In this document: in pieces, positions 29,301 through 43,468 of the stretch
Layout of the letters: every line of letters starts with the position of its first letter
How positions within the stretch are numbered: position 1 is the first letter of the stretch
From: Paragordius varius
Taxonomy: Eukaryota; Animalia; Nematomorpha
DNA: 64,000 nt
Direction of reading: 5' to 3'
NCBI GenBank assembly: GCA_964247055.1
Contig: OZ176058.1
Location: forward strand, 2,604,001 to 2,668,000
Notes under the pieces: model-generated
Seen by the model: only the letters and a program-made list of their open reading frames with translations
Told to the model about the DNA's origin: nothing
Databases searched by the model: none
Program-made: the position numbers and the translations under genes

Positions 29301-31936
29301 CATTATTAGTATGAGATATATGTCTATGTTATAGTTGATTATTTTATCAGTATTATTTTAATTTAAAACAAATTTTTTATTTTTTAAAAATAAATAAAAA
29401 TATTGGTAATTTTTAATCTTAAAAAACATATATTTTAGTTAGGGGTGAATTTGAATTGTTCAAGGGTGAATTTGAATTGTTTAAGGGTGAATTTGAATCG
29501 TAAATGGTATATTGTTTGTTTTGCATAATTTTTTGAAAACAAATTTAAAATATCTAATATAAGTTTTATATTTGGTGTTTTATCTTTTGAAAAATTAGTC
29601 AATATATATATTAAATGGAGGTGATTAATTTGTTAACTATTTGTTAAAAAATAATAAGCCAGAAAAATTTTTTTTAAAATCTTCAAAAGGCTAAATTTTA
29701 TAATCAATTCAATTTTAATGGTTAAAGATAATGTGGATATTTGTGATTTTAGGCGTGGTTTTTTATGTTGTCATAATTGTTGGCTAATAAAAGTTAATTT
29801 TTAATATATTGTTGTTTAGCATAATTTCTAAGAAAAAATACATAAATTATTTAAAATTAATACAAAAAAATTATACTCCCTATTTAATAAACTTGATCTA
29901 TAGATAAATGGTTAATTTGTTATTTATTCATGTATTTAAAAATAGTTAAAGAATTTGAATTGATTAAAGAATTTATTTTTTTGTAAAGTAAAAGGGCTAT
30001 TAAGCCTAATTGAGATTAATGGGGATATTTGTGACGTGGTTTGTCATACGCTTCATAATTGAAGGGTAATAAAAGGTATTGTTTAAAATATTTTTTTTGA
30101 AAAATATCTATAATATTTCTTTTTTTATAATAAATTTGATTATATACCATGAGTTTAATTTAAATTAAAAATAGTTGTTTTTTATTTTAACTAATTAATT
30201 CAATTGATTGAATGCGGTCTAATATCAGTTTTATAATTGGTGACTAAATGGCGTTTTTTTTAAAAAAAGTTAAAATAAAATATTTAATTAATTACGAGAT
30301 ATATTTGATAAAATTAATTTTAATAGTGTCCTATTTCATACTTTGATTTAAGCTTAATTTTAGAGAGTTTGAGACGTGGGTTGACTAAAAAAGTTTTAAA
30401 AAATATAAATTGCATAAAAATTTGGCTAAGATGCAATAAATTTACTTAAAATTTAATATTTTGCTTCTAATTTAGACGCTTAATGTTGGTTGTTTGTTAA
30501 TATGATTTGTTAGCTAAAAAAGTGGATATTAATTAAAATTATTTTTTTATAATTATAAAAATTTAATCGCATAAATTGTTAATAGGGTAAAAATGGCCCA
30601 TGTCGTACTAATCCTGTTTAAATGATGTTAATGTGGATATTTTTAGTTTTAAGCGTGGTTTATTATACGAATCGGCTGATTCATTTATTTATTTATTTAA
30701 ATCAATATAAATTCCTAATAAATTTTATTAAAACTTTCAAAAATAAAAATTATATAATTTGGTAAAAACATTTTTTAAAAATGGCTTTTGAAAAAAAATC
30801 ATTCATTAATGAAGAATAATAAAATATTAAAAAAATAAAAATAAATATAAACAATTAATTATAAAAATTTGTCCGCACAAAAAAAGTTTAAATATTATAA
30901 ATCTCTAATAAAGTATGGATGCTAAAATTTATGAGGAAAAAATTCTCTATTTTTAAAATTAATAAAAATAATTTAACAAATTAAAAGTTAGAAAATATAA
31001 ACCTTTCTTAAAAAATAACAAATATCAAAAAAATTAAATAAATATAAAATAATTATTAAAAAAACATACAAAAGTTGAAAAATATTAATAAAAATATTAA
31101 TATAATAAATATATTTTTATTTCAAAAATTTAAAAAATTATTTATATAGAAATTATTTTACCCTCAGAAAAAGTTTGTTCAATATAATCCTTCAATTCTT
31201 GCCTATCGCGTAACCAAGGGAGAAGTAGTTCTAAATTTATTATTGCTGGCTTTTGAATGTTATTTGCTTCTTTTTTATACCTTTTTTTGGTTAAAAATAT
31301 TTTTAAATATGAAATTAATTATTAATGTTATTTACTTATCGAATTTCCTGCGAAAATGTTAAACAATATTTAAAATATTTTATTTAATAATTTTTTAATA
31401 TTTATATTAATTTTTTGGCATAATATTCGCATCTTATTTTTTTTTCGTTTTTTTCTAAAATAAAATAATATTATAATATCTTTCGAAAAAACGTTAATAA
31501 AAATTTAGGATAGATTTAAGAAACATATAAAAAAAATATTTTTATTTTTAAACTCGAATCAACTATCTTTTATTATGCATTAATTCCATTTTAGCCATAT
31601 AATAAAATTATCAATGCAAACGTAAATTCTAAACTAAAATTAAAATTTTTAGTAAAAAATCTAAAAGTATTTAAAATTCTAATTATATAGGATGAATCTA
31701 TTAATAGAAGTTTAAAACGAATTAAGATAAGATGTGGCTATTTTGATCATAGAACAATAGAAAATTATATCCATATCGATAAATATAACTAAAACTTTAA
31801 AAAACTTGAGTGAATAAGTTTTTATGCTTAAAAAAAACCTCAAACCATAAAAAATATTGAAGGCGAATAACAAACAGTTAAAATTTAGATTTAAAATAAA
31901 ATCAGATGTGATCAAGACAAATGGCTTCGGGCAGCA

Positions 31937-31967
<31 letters not shown>

Positions 31968-34900
31968 GGACAATCATAAATAATTTATTATATATATATA
32001 TATATATATAACATAAGACTGAAAGAGCACACGTAATATAACATTTTTTTTCTTTTTAACCTGCCAAATGGAAAAAGACTCATTTAGAAAAATTGTCTAA
32101 GAAATATCAATTATAATAAGGTATTGCTAGAGTTTTTGCAAACTATGGATTTTTATATAAAGTTACGGAGATCCGCGTGTTGGATACCCCTGTTTTAAAT
32201 AATAACTAAATAAAACTAGTATACCATTTACAATGCAAATACCCTTGAACGATTCAAATTCACCCTAAAAATAAATTAAGTGTTTTTGGGCTTATATAAC
32301 CCATTATTAATATGAAATATAGCTTTATGGCATAATTTATTTTTATCAGTATTATATTAATTTTTATGAAACTTCGTTTGATAAAAATATTAAAAAATAT
32401 AGGTAAAATTTAATCTTAAAAAACACATAATTTATTTTATGGTATTTGAATTTCGAGGGTGAATTTGAATGAATCATTTAAGTAATTTGTATATATAAAA
32501 AGCCTATTTTACTTTTCACTTTATCCGAGTTTGGTGTTTCATTAAATAAAAAAACTTACTTTAGAAAATCAAGATTTGCGTTTGGATTTATTTGCTGTTT
32601 TTGTCGAAGTTTATAATGCAGTGAATTTTTGACAAAAGGATCCCCCTCAACCATAGCTTGAGCCAATAAATTAGGGTCTTCATACGTTACCAACTATTAT
32701 AAAAAAATGTAAAATATATATATTTTTCAAATATACCCTTGAACAATTTAAATTCACCTTCGAACAATTCAAATTTACCAATTACAGTTCAAATTCAAAC
32801 CTTCGAAAAAATTCAAATTCAACTTCGAAAATTTCAAATTCACCTTCAAAAAAATTCAAATTTTTCCCTTGAACAATTCAAATTTAGCCTTGAACAATTC
32901 GAATTCACCTTTAAAAAATTCATATTCACCCTTAAACGATTCAAATCCCTTGAACAATTCAAATTCACCCTTGAACAATTCACATTCACCTTCGAAAAAT
33001 TCAAACTCACCCTTGAACAATTCAAATTTACCTTCATAAAATTCAAATTTACCCTTCCCTTGAACAATTCAAATTCACCCTAAAAATAAATTATATGTTT
33101 TTTAAGATTGAAATTGCCTATAATTTATATATTATTAAAAAAATAAAAATTTTGTTTTAAATTAAAATAATACTGAAAATATAATAAACTATACCATAAA
33201 GATATATAACATATTAATAAGGAATTAAAACACATAATTTATTTTTAAATTAAATTTGAATTGTTTAAGGGTGAATTTGTGTAAGTTTAAATTTACCCTT
33301 TAACAATAGAATTCAGCCTTGAACAATTTAAATTCACCCTAAATTAAATTATGTGTTTAACTAATATAACTCATTATGAATATAAAACATATTTTTATGG
33401 CATAGTTTATTATTTTTTCAGTATTATTTTAATTTTAAACAAAATTTTATTTTTTAAAAAATATATAAAAATATGCATAATTTTTAATCTTAAAATACAT
33501 ATAATTAATTTAAGGGTGAATTTGAATTGTTTAAGGGTGAATTTTAATATAAATGGTATTATTTAATATGAGTTTATTTTTAAAAATATTTTCATCAGGT
33601 GTGTAATTTTTTCTATATAAAAAATTCAATATATGATATATATATCATATATTAAAAAACCATATTCCCATATATTAATTTTTTAGAATAAAATTGTATA
33701 CAAATTTTATAAATATATAATTGTTGAGGTATATTCTGAAAATTAATAAAAATAAATTATTATTAAATAAATAAAATTAAATTAAATAAATAATATACCT
33801 ATTTCAATATTTAAAAATAATTAAAGCTGTTTCAAAAAATAATTTCATGCGAATTAGTGTATAATATATATTATATATTTTTAAAATCTATTAAAAATTT
33901 GTAATAAATGATATAAAGCAATAAATATATTGCCTATAATATTAAACAAATCTAAAAAAGAAAAAAAATTAAAAGTTAATTTAACATAAATTTAATTTAC
34001 TGGTACAACAGTAAAACAAAATATATTATAACAATAATATTTTATTTTTATTATAAAAAAAAATTAAAATTTAAATTATTTCACTAAATTTTGTTTAACT
34101 AATATAACCTGTAAACCACCATAGTATACAGTAAGTGGAATGCGAAATCTTGATACATTAGATACTATATGTAGATGAGCTATTCGATATCTCTGTTCTG
34201 GTCTTTTAAAACTACAAAATAATTATTTAATCTTTTTTGAAAAATATTCAATAATTCTGTTGTTGTGCTCTTTTCGATTATAAAATTTAAAAAAGGCCAA
34301 AAAAATTAAAATAAAGGCACAATATAAAAATAAAAAGGCAATTAAAAAAAATTAAAAAGCGGCAACATAAAGTATAAAAAATATTATTTTCTTAATTATA
34401 GACTCTTCAGTATTTACAAACTCTAAAATATATTTTAAAGCGTTAATTAGCAACCAAAAATAAAATGAAATAAAAAATAGCAAAAAACTCATAACATTAT
34501 ATTTAAAAAAAATTTAATCATTACGCGTATATGATATTCCATTTTATTCCATATTTATTTTTTAAAAAAATTCAATATCAATAAAATTTAAAACAATTAC
34601 AAATAAAAATATTTTTCAATGATTTCCAATAAATTACATATTTATAAAATAATCTGATATATCAAGCAAAAAAATGAAAAATGATATAAATTAATAAGGA
34701 ATGTATAATATATGCCTCGGAACACTAAATTAAAAAATATTGATTATATTAAATTAATTTAAAATAATTTTTTTTTCTAGGGTTCCCAAAATATCAAGAA
34801 ATTAAAAAAACTAAATTTTATGTTTTCATAAGAATTTTTCAATATTTCAAATTTTTCAAAAAATATGCAATAATAAAAATCTTACGCTTGTGATATGATA

Positions 34901-37900
34901 GATTCCTCAGACCGATATTCAAAGGTCAATTTGCTGTATGTATATTTTGCAGGTATAACAAGTAATGTAATTTTATCCGAGTTTCGAGGTAATTTTGAAA
35001 CCTTTTCCATTTAATAGTAGTAAATAAAAATAAGAATAAAAATATAAATAAAGTTATAATAAAAATTTTGAAAGTAAGATGCTTTTATATATATCATTTA
35101 CATCCGAAAATTCCTCCTTGAACAATTCAATTCCATGAACAATATAAATTACCCAAATTTAAATCCTGTAACAATTCTAATTCACCTTGAATATTCAAAT
35201 TCACCAAAAATGAATTGTGTTTTTTTAAATTAAAAATTAACTTATTTTTCATATTTTTAAATAAATAAAACTTTGATTAAAATTTAAATATACTACTGAA
35301 AAAATAATAAAATATTCCATAAAAAAAAATTTCATACTAATAATGAGTTAAATTAGCTCGAAAACACATAATTATTTTTAGAGTGTATAAGGGTAGATTT
35401 GAGTTGCTCGAGGGTGAATTTAAATTGTAAATGATATATAAATAAAACACCGCAAATTTCAACTTTGATAATATATAGATTAAAAATTAAAATTATACAG
35501 AAAAAATGTAAAAAATATAAAACAATACAGTATGCATATTAATGGTTGCTTATTTCACACTATAGTTAAGCAATTTACAACACAATCGTATATGGGAAAA
35601 AACAAAAAAATATTGATAGAATAAACAAAGTAATTGTTAAGAAAAGAAAAAATTGTTTATTCAACATTTTGTTGTTTTTTCCCATACACCACTGTGTTGC
35701 AAATCACCTAACTATATTTTGAAATAAGCAACCATAAAAATACATACTGTAATTAGTTTTTTCTAAAAGTAACCATACATTTTTAATACTTAATTTTTGC
35801 AATATAACTCATCCTCGTTTTTGGGTAAAAAAATAAGGAATAGAGACGTAAATTGAATATACATTATTAAATATATATCAAATCTTTAAATAAGTAGTTA
35901 ATTTAAAAAATTTAAAAATATGGAGTTGCTTTTTGAAATAAAATATTTTATTAATATTTTTACTATTTAGAATGTAGAGTATATTTTCAATATCTTTAGT
36001 CTATTGGTACCGTATAATTTTAGGTTGCAAAAAACAAAATAACGGGGAACGAACGATAATTTATTTCCATTATAAAAAACTTAATAAATATATTTATAAT
36101 TTTAATTAACCCTCAAAAACTTCAAATTAACCCTCAAACATTTAGGGATTGACCCTTAAACATTTAGGGGTCGACTTTTAAACAATTCAAATATATCATT
36201 TACACTTAAAATTGACTCAATAAATTAAATTTATATGTTTTTAAAAATCAAAAATTACCTTATTTAGATATTTTAAAATAAATTTTATATAAAATTAACT
36301 TAAAACAAAAAAATATTAAACTATGCCATAAAGAAAGTAGTTTATACGAATTAATTAAAATAGCCCAAATATTTTTATTTTCAGGCGCGAATTTGAAAAG
36401 ATATAATAATCAATAATGGTTTCATAATATTTTTTTGATTAAGCGTTATTTAAAAATAGATTAAAAAAAATAAAAGTTTAATTTGGAATTTAAGGAATAC
36501 AAATATTATTATAAACTTTTAAATTTCCATAACTATCATTTTAACTAAAATAATAAATATTTAAGAAAAATTACAAAAAACACTATATATAATAACAAAT
36601 TTTTTTTAAATTCAAACAAATCACAAAACAGACTTTAAATCCGGACTTCAACTTTCCATTATTGTCCATATTGTTATTGTTAAGTTTTGCGTCTAATTTG
36701 GCTTTTGCCTTTGCATCTAAATTTTAAAAATTATAAATACACTAAAAATTGAAATTATCTGGACAAAACGTAAAAATATAAGGACAAATATATTTTTATC
36801 TAAAAAAATCATATAGTTTTTGAATCTTGATTTTTTTAAATATATAAGTTTATTTCCCCTTGAACAATTCAAATTCACCCTCGAACGATTTAAATTAACC
36901 CTAAAATAAATTACGTGTTTTTTAAGATTAAAAATTACCTATATTAATATATTTAAAGAATAAAATTTTGTTTAATTAAAATAATACTGAAAAATTAATA
37001 AACTTTGCCATAAAGATATATTTCATATTAATAATAAATTATATCAGCCCGAAATTTCTAATTCATTTTTATGGTAAATTTGAATTGTTCAAGAATGAAT
37101 TTAAATTTCTAATGGTATATATATATTATCAAGATTAATACCAAATCTATTTTACAAACCTTGATACAATTAAAATAATATATTTACGAATTTTCCAAAA
37201 TTAATTATATTTTATATAAATATTCAATTAAAATAATAAAAATAATTTAAATAAAAATTAAACCTTCTTCAATATAAATATCTATGATAGCAATTGCATT
37301 TTCAAACGTATTGGTAAGGCTTAAATGCGAAGTTATATAAGGGATTCCAGGGGGTATATTGAGACGTGTATTGTTATGATCATATATAAGGGCTCTAATA
37401 TGTTTGAAAATTAATTTTAAAAATTAAATTAAAATATTTTATAATTAAATAAATATATTTTATAAATAAAAAATATTTTAAATAAAAAAAAATAATAAAA
37501 GATAGATGTTGTTATATAAGAAAAATTATAAAAAAAGACCAAAAAAATATTGAATCGTGTATAGTTATAATCATAAATAAAAGCTCTGAAATACTCTGAT
37601 ATATTATAAAACTGTAGTTATTAAAAAACATTTAATATTTTAAATTATTGATTGTGAAATTATTCAATATTAAATGGATAAAATAGGAAATATTTAAAAA
37701 ATTTAAAAACACAGAAATTAATTAAAAATATAATTTTTATTATTTGAATAAATATAAAAATTTAATGATATTACACATGTTTTTTTATGGATTGTATATA
37801 AGAAAAATATTGTTAAAAAAAATATTAATAAATAAAAATATTTTAAAAATATAAATATTGGGATATAAAAAAATAATATTAAAAAATTTTGAGATATATA

Positions 37901-40900
37901 GTCGTGTATTGTGTAATAAATAAGAGCTGAAAAATATTTTAAATTAAGTAAATTATTTTTAACTAAATAAAACATTTAATAAATTATGAAAAAAAATTAA
38001 AATAATTTAAAAATTAAAAAATAGAGACTGATGATATAAAAGAAAAAAATTAAAATAATTTAATTATAATTAAAATTACTTTAGAGTAAAAATATATTGA
38101 ATGTATTCTAATATCATAAATAAGGGCTCTAAAATAGTTTTAGTTATAAATGCAAAAATTGATAAATAAAAAATATAATTAACATCAAGATTGATGTAAA
38201 GGAAATAAAATTAAAAAATTATATATATATATAATATATAGAAGAATAAAATATCAATAAAGATTAAGATAATTTTAATTTTATATATTATGCTACCTAT
38301 TATTACACAGTGCACACAAAAAAATAAACGAACATGAGTTTTATATAGAATAAAATAAGAAATCCCTTGGAAAATTGACCCCAAAAATTTAGGGGAAAAA
38401 TGCGCCCTAAAATGGAAATCTTCTATTTTTTCATTTTTGACTAGAAATAGATTTTTGTCCATATTTTTTAAGATTTATTGAGCAAACACGCGGGTATTTA
38501 GATTCCTTATTGAGCAATATGATTTTGTAGCACTATTCTAATAAATTAATAAATTTAATTACTTCATTTGCATCTATCTATAAAAATTGTCCAATCCCTA
38601 TTATCTGTATAGGTGATTGTGCCAATTTATCAATCAAAGCTGGCAGAACAATACAACAATATGCTATACCATTTACAGTTCAAATTCACCCTTGAAGAAT
38701 TTAAATTCACCCTCGAACAATTCAAATTCACCCTTGAACAATTCAAAATCACCCTAAAAATAAATTATGTGTTTTCGAAATAATATAATTCATGATTAAT
38801 ATAAAATATATTTTTATGGTATAGTTTATTATTTTTTCAGTATTGTTTTAATTTAAAATGGAATTTTTATTTAAAAAATATATAAAATATAGGTAATTTT
38901 TAATCTTAAAAAACATATATTTTATTTGAGGGTGAATTTGAATTGTTCGAGGGTGAATTTGAATTGTTCAAGGGTGAATTTGAATTGTTCAAGGGTGAAT
39001 TTGAATTGTTTAAGGGTGAAATTGAATTGTAAATGGTATATATACATAATCAAAATGGTTATTTCGTTTTATCTCTGTATTGACCTATTTTTTCACATCA
39101 ATATTCACGTTCATATTACATACTTATTTTTTCTGTCAGTATTCCGGTATGCCTATTACTTAGCCTGGTGGACACCTGGCTATATTATTCAGGTCAAAAG
39201 AGCATCTTGATTCAATATTAGCATCTTAGATCGGAATAAAGTAGTCTATGATTAAATTATAATTTTCTATATTAAGTCCATTAAAATCTCTTTTGGGAGG
39301 CTTGGGAACTGAATTTGATATATTTTTTTAGGTCGCGCTTAATGTTTTATTTCCTCCTTTTTTTCATGTTAATGACTGGTTGATCTAAACGATAATTACC
39401 CCGTGTGAAATAATTTTTCTGAAGTTTTTCCAAATTGTAGAGGTTGTAAAAGGCAATTTTTCCATGTATTATTATACCAGTGTGAAAGGCTACCAGCACA
39501 TTGTTTGTGGACACCTTTTAATCATAGACTACTTAATTCCGATCAAAGATCCTAATAATGAATCAAGATGCTCTTCTGAGCTGAGTAATATAGCCAGGTC
39601 CACAAGGCTAAGTAATAGGCAAACCGGAATACTGACAGAAAAAATAATTATGTAATATGAACGTGAATATTGATGTCAAAATATAGGTCAATACAGACAA
39701 AACGAAATAAACATTTGTATAATATAAATGTGAAAACACAATAGAGCATATTGTTGTATTGTTTCTACCAGCTTTGATTGATAAATTGGCACAATCAGTT
39801 ATATACAAATGATAGGGATTGGACAATTTTTATAGATAGATGCAAATGAAGTAATTAAATTTAAATTTAATTTATTAGAATAGTTACAAAATCATATTGC
39901 TCAATAAGGAATCGAAATACCCGCCCATCCATTATCCTAGAAGCCTATAAAGCTAAACTATATGGGGATAAAAAAAACTATAGGATTTATATAAATAAAT
40001 GTTGGAAAAGTGTCATAATCGCAATCACACCTCCTTGATTGCTGATTATAAAGTATAAGATAGATTAAATAATTTTTAGATTTTATCCATATGCCGCGGT
40101 TTAAAAGGCGGGTACCCTACGTACACTTGTCTTTTTTGGCCTCTTTAAATCCAGAGATAAAGGAATCCATTATAATCCACACCATATTTAACTTAAAATA
40201 AAAGGTACTTACAGCAGCCTGGCCTCCCCCTGCATATAAAATTGGTAGCCCGAACTTTTATAAAATTAATATGAATTAAAAAGAAGCAGCCTATTTATTT
40301 TATTTAAATATATTTAAAATCACAATCCAATCAAATTGTCGGCAGGATAAACTGAACCTCAAATAAAAAGATTATTTGAATCTTCGGGAGCATTTTACAA
40401 CATAATGAATCGTGTTGAAAAAAAGAGCTTTTAATGCATTTGAAACTTTCAGCAGAGAATTTTTGGGAAATTTTAAAACTATAGATTATGTCTCGCTAGG
40501 AGCAGAAGTAGACTCCTTGAAATTGCTAGGTAACTATTTGATTTTTAAAATCTTATCTTTAATATTTAATGTTATTTGTTTATTTTTAGGTGCTACTATC
40601 TACATAAAACTACATCTTGTGGATAATCATTTTGATAAATTCCCCCGATAAAGGGCTACAGACCAGGATGGAGAACGGTTCCATCAAACGCATGAAACAA
40701 ATATAATAAACTATAATAGTTCCAATAGTATCCATATGATTGGTGAATACTATTGGATCATTTTATGTCTAAATAATGTATTCTTGTGTGTATAAATAAA
40801 TTGAAATTCTTATATGTATTTAGAGTGTTGTTGTGTTAGGTTAGACTATCTCTACAGATTTGAAGCTTGTCGTATTTTTTTTTCTCGCCAAGAAGTTAAG

Positions 40901-43430
40901 TGCAATCGAGCGCATCATTAATGTTTAAGTTGCACAAATCATCATATCTTCATTTATCGTTTTTGACCAATCTTTAAAATTAGGGTCAGTTGTTGAAGCG
41001 GTGAAGTTAAGCATGTATTGTAAGCGCGGTTTATCCTTAGAATTTGTTCGATGTTAGGGGGATATTTAATATAACGTAAGGGTCAAATGTATTATAATTA
41101 TAATTATGTAGTATAGGATTATGAGCAAATAGTAGGATTGATTGTGTTTAATATTTTACATTCACTATATTTTAATAATGTTATACAGTGTGTTGTCTAG
41201 CTTAATGTATTTATTATTTATAATATGTTTGTTTGAGTGCATGGTAGTAGCTTTTCCATGTTTGTATTATCTTTGATAGCCTCAATTACGCCACCATTGG
41301 CAGTAATGATGTGACCTAGATGGATACCATTTACAATTCAATTTCACCCTTAAACAATTTAAAAATTTACCCTTGAACAATTCAAATTCACCCTTGAATA
41401 ATTTAAATTCACCCTCATATAAAATATATGTTTTTTTAAATTAAAAATTACCAATATTTTTATATATTTTACAAAAATAAAAATTTTGTTTTAAATTAAA
41501 ATAATACTGAAAAAATAATCAACTATAACATAGACATATATTTCATATTAATAATGAGTTATATTAGTTCGAAAATACATAATTTATTTTTAGCGTGAAT
41601 TTGAGTTGTTCAAGGGTGAATTTGAATTTAAATTGTTTAAGGATGAATTTGAATTGTAAATGGTAGATTTAAATTGCAACTGTTTCATAATTAAATTCGT
41701 TATGTATCGAATGAGAGATGTTGCAACAGGAGCAATTTTCGCAAACAAAGTTTTTGTATTTGACACTATCTTGGCAAGACCGGAACATTTTTATTTTAAA
41801 AAATTTTTAGAAACCTAATTATATATTCTTGGATGTTAAAAAGCTAAAAATTCTATTGAATAAAATCAAATTCATTTATTATCAGTTGTTCAACATATAT
41901 AATTGTAATAATTGGTTGATTTATAATTTGAGCAATAGAGGTTCTGGAAGTAGATTATTTAAAAATGTCAGAATAATTTTTGTGGAAGGAATATTCTATT
42001 TTGTAAATAAAATCATATGAAGACAATATACGTAATACTAAATCTGCCATTAATATTCTTTACAAATAGAATTTTCCCTAATAAGCTAGATATAGTGTAT
42101 ATAGCAGGTAACTATTTGATTAGGAAATAAAGCTATTTATATTTCCGATGCTGCCTTCTGCATATCAAAAGTCTTTAATTAAATTTTGTATCAGATTTAA
42201 AAATATATGTTATACAAAGTAATGTATTAGGAATTTTATTTTGGTGTTTCGCTGGTTTTTTCTAAATTCGCATTTGAAAATTGCGGCCTTATGTTGTTAT
42301 GAAAAAATGAGAAGCATGTGAGGAAAATAAAATAAAAATAACGAAAATATTCCAAAAAATACAAATTTTTTGATGGACTTAAAAGGATACATAGCCTTTC
42401 ATAACAACTATTTGGTATGTTTAATATAAGTCATAAACTTAAATAATATAATAACAATATGGAGTTTTTACAAATAATTTTTTGTAACATATTCCGACAA
42501 TGTCATAAAAAAATTTCTATTTTTGTGGGGAATGAAAAATTTATTGATACTATAAAATAATTTTATGTATTTTTCTTAAAAATATATTAGGTTTTATATA
42601 ATATAGATAAAAAGTTTTATCGTGTTTGCTCAAAAAGTTTAAAAAATATGGACAGAAATCTATTTCTTGGGACCTTAATTTCCAAGGAATTTCTTATTAG
42701 ATAAAACTCATGTTCGTTTATTTTCTTAACCCTTTTTTTGCGCTTAGTGTTAATAATGATCAAATATAGGACGTCTGAAATTAAAATAAATATTTAATAT
42801 TAAAAATATTATAAGTTAACAAATAATGAATGCTAAATGTTAAAAATAAAAAAAATTAAAGGGAAGATTTTTAATATCACAAAATTATAAATACTTTGGA
42901 TAACACAATTAGAAACAATATTTAATAATAAATAATTTTTTAACAAAACTAAAATAATATAAATAGATAAAAAATGTATAATGTAATAAAATTAAATATG
43001 GAAAATATTAAAAATAAAATTAATATTATACCCTCGTAAGAAATGTACTGAATAAGGAATGCAAAGTCGAAATAAACTGCCCTCTTTCCCATTATCCGCA
43101 GCTGTTGAATTATTGATAGAAGGGTCGTATTTTGTCGTAAAAATTGTTATGTGACCATTAAACATGCTTTTATCCGTTGCTTTTATAGCTATAATAAATA
43201 AAATATATTTGCAAACAATTATATAAGCAGATTAAATCTTTATTAGATTATAAAAAATATTTTCTATTAATTTTGTCTAACATATATAAAAAATAATTTG
43301 TGGCATATATATTGCTATGAAAATACCATTATACTTTTATACGTTGTTTTTATAAATGAAAAAATAAAAATATTAAAAGAATAAATTAAAATAAGTTAAT
43401 TAATTAACGTAATAAAATTTTATATTATTA

Positions 43431-43468
<38 letters not shown>

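Larger units (their letters stand above)
38306..42749 (+). mobile_element. Decayed Chapaev3-like (CMC superfamily) DNA transposon in TMEM131 intron 11
   Basis: TTA|CAC...GTG|TTA termini. Imperfect TIRs 38306-38490 and 42621-42749 (shared AAATAAACGAACATGAGTTTTAT, AGAAATAGATTT.TGTCCATATTTTTT, GAGCAAACACG). Internal transposase remnants. Confidence 0.8.

Noticed and set aside
32740-33080. CRISPR-like regularly spaced repeats
   Set aside because: Units are contiguous without unique spacers, there are no cas genes, and the context is a eukaryotic intron
32739-33083. ORFs with EQFKFTL / RVNLNCS repeats (also 32846-33067, 33351-33566, 38926-39210, 59986-60192, 10192-10410)
   Set aside because: They are translations of the 21-bp MITE subterminal repeat (7 codons per unit), not genes
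38490-39924. Treating the 400-bp inverted repeat as the TIRs of an independent foldback transposon
   Set aside because: The arms encode internal Chapaev3 transposase sequence and have no TSD; the true TIRs are at 38306 and 42749
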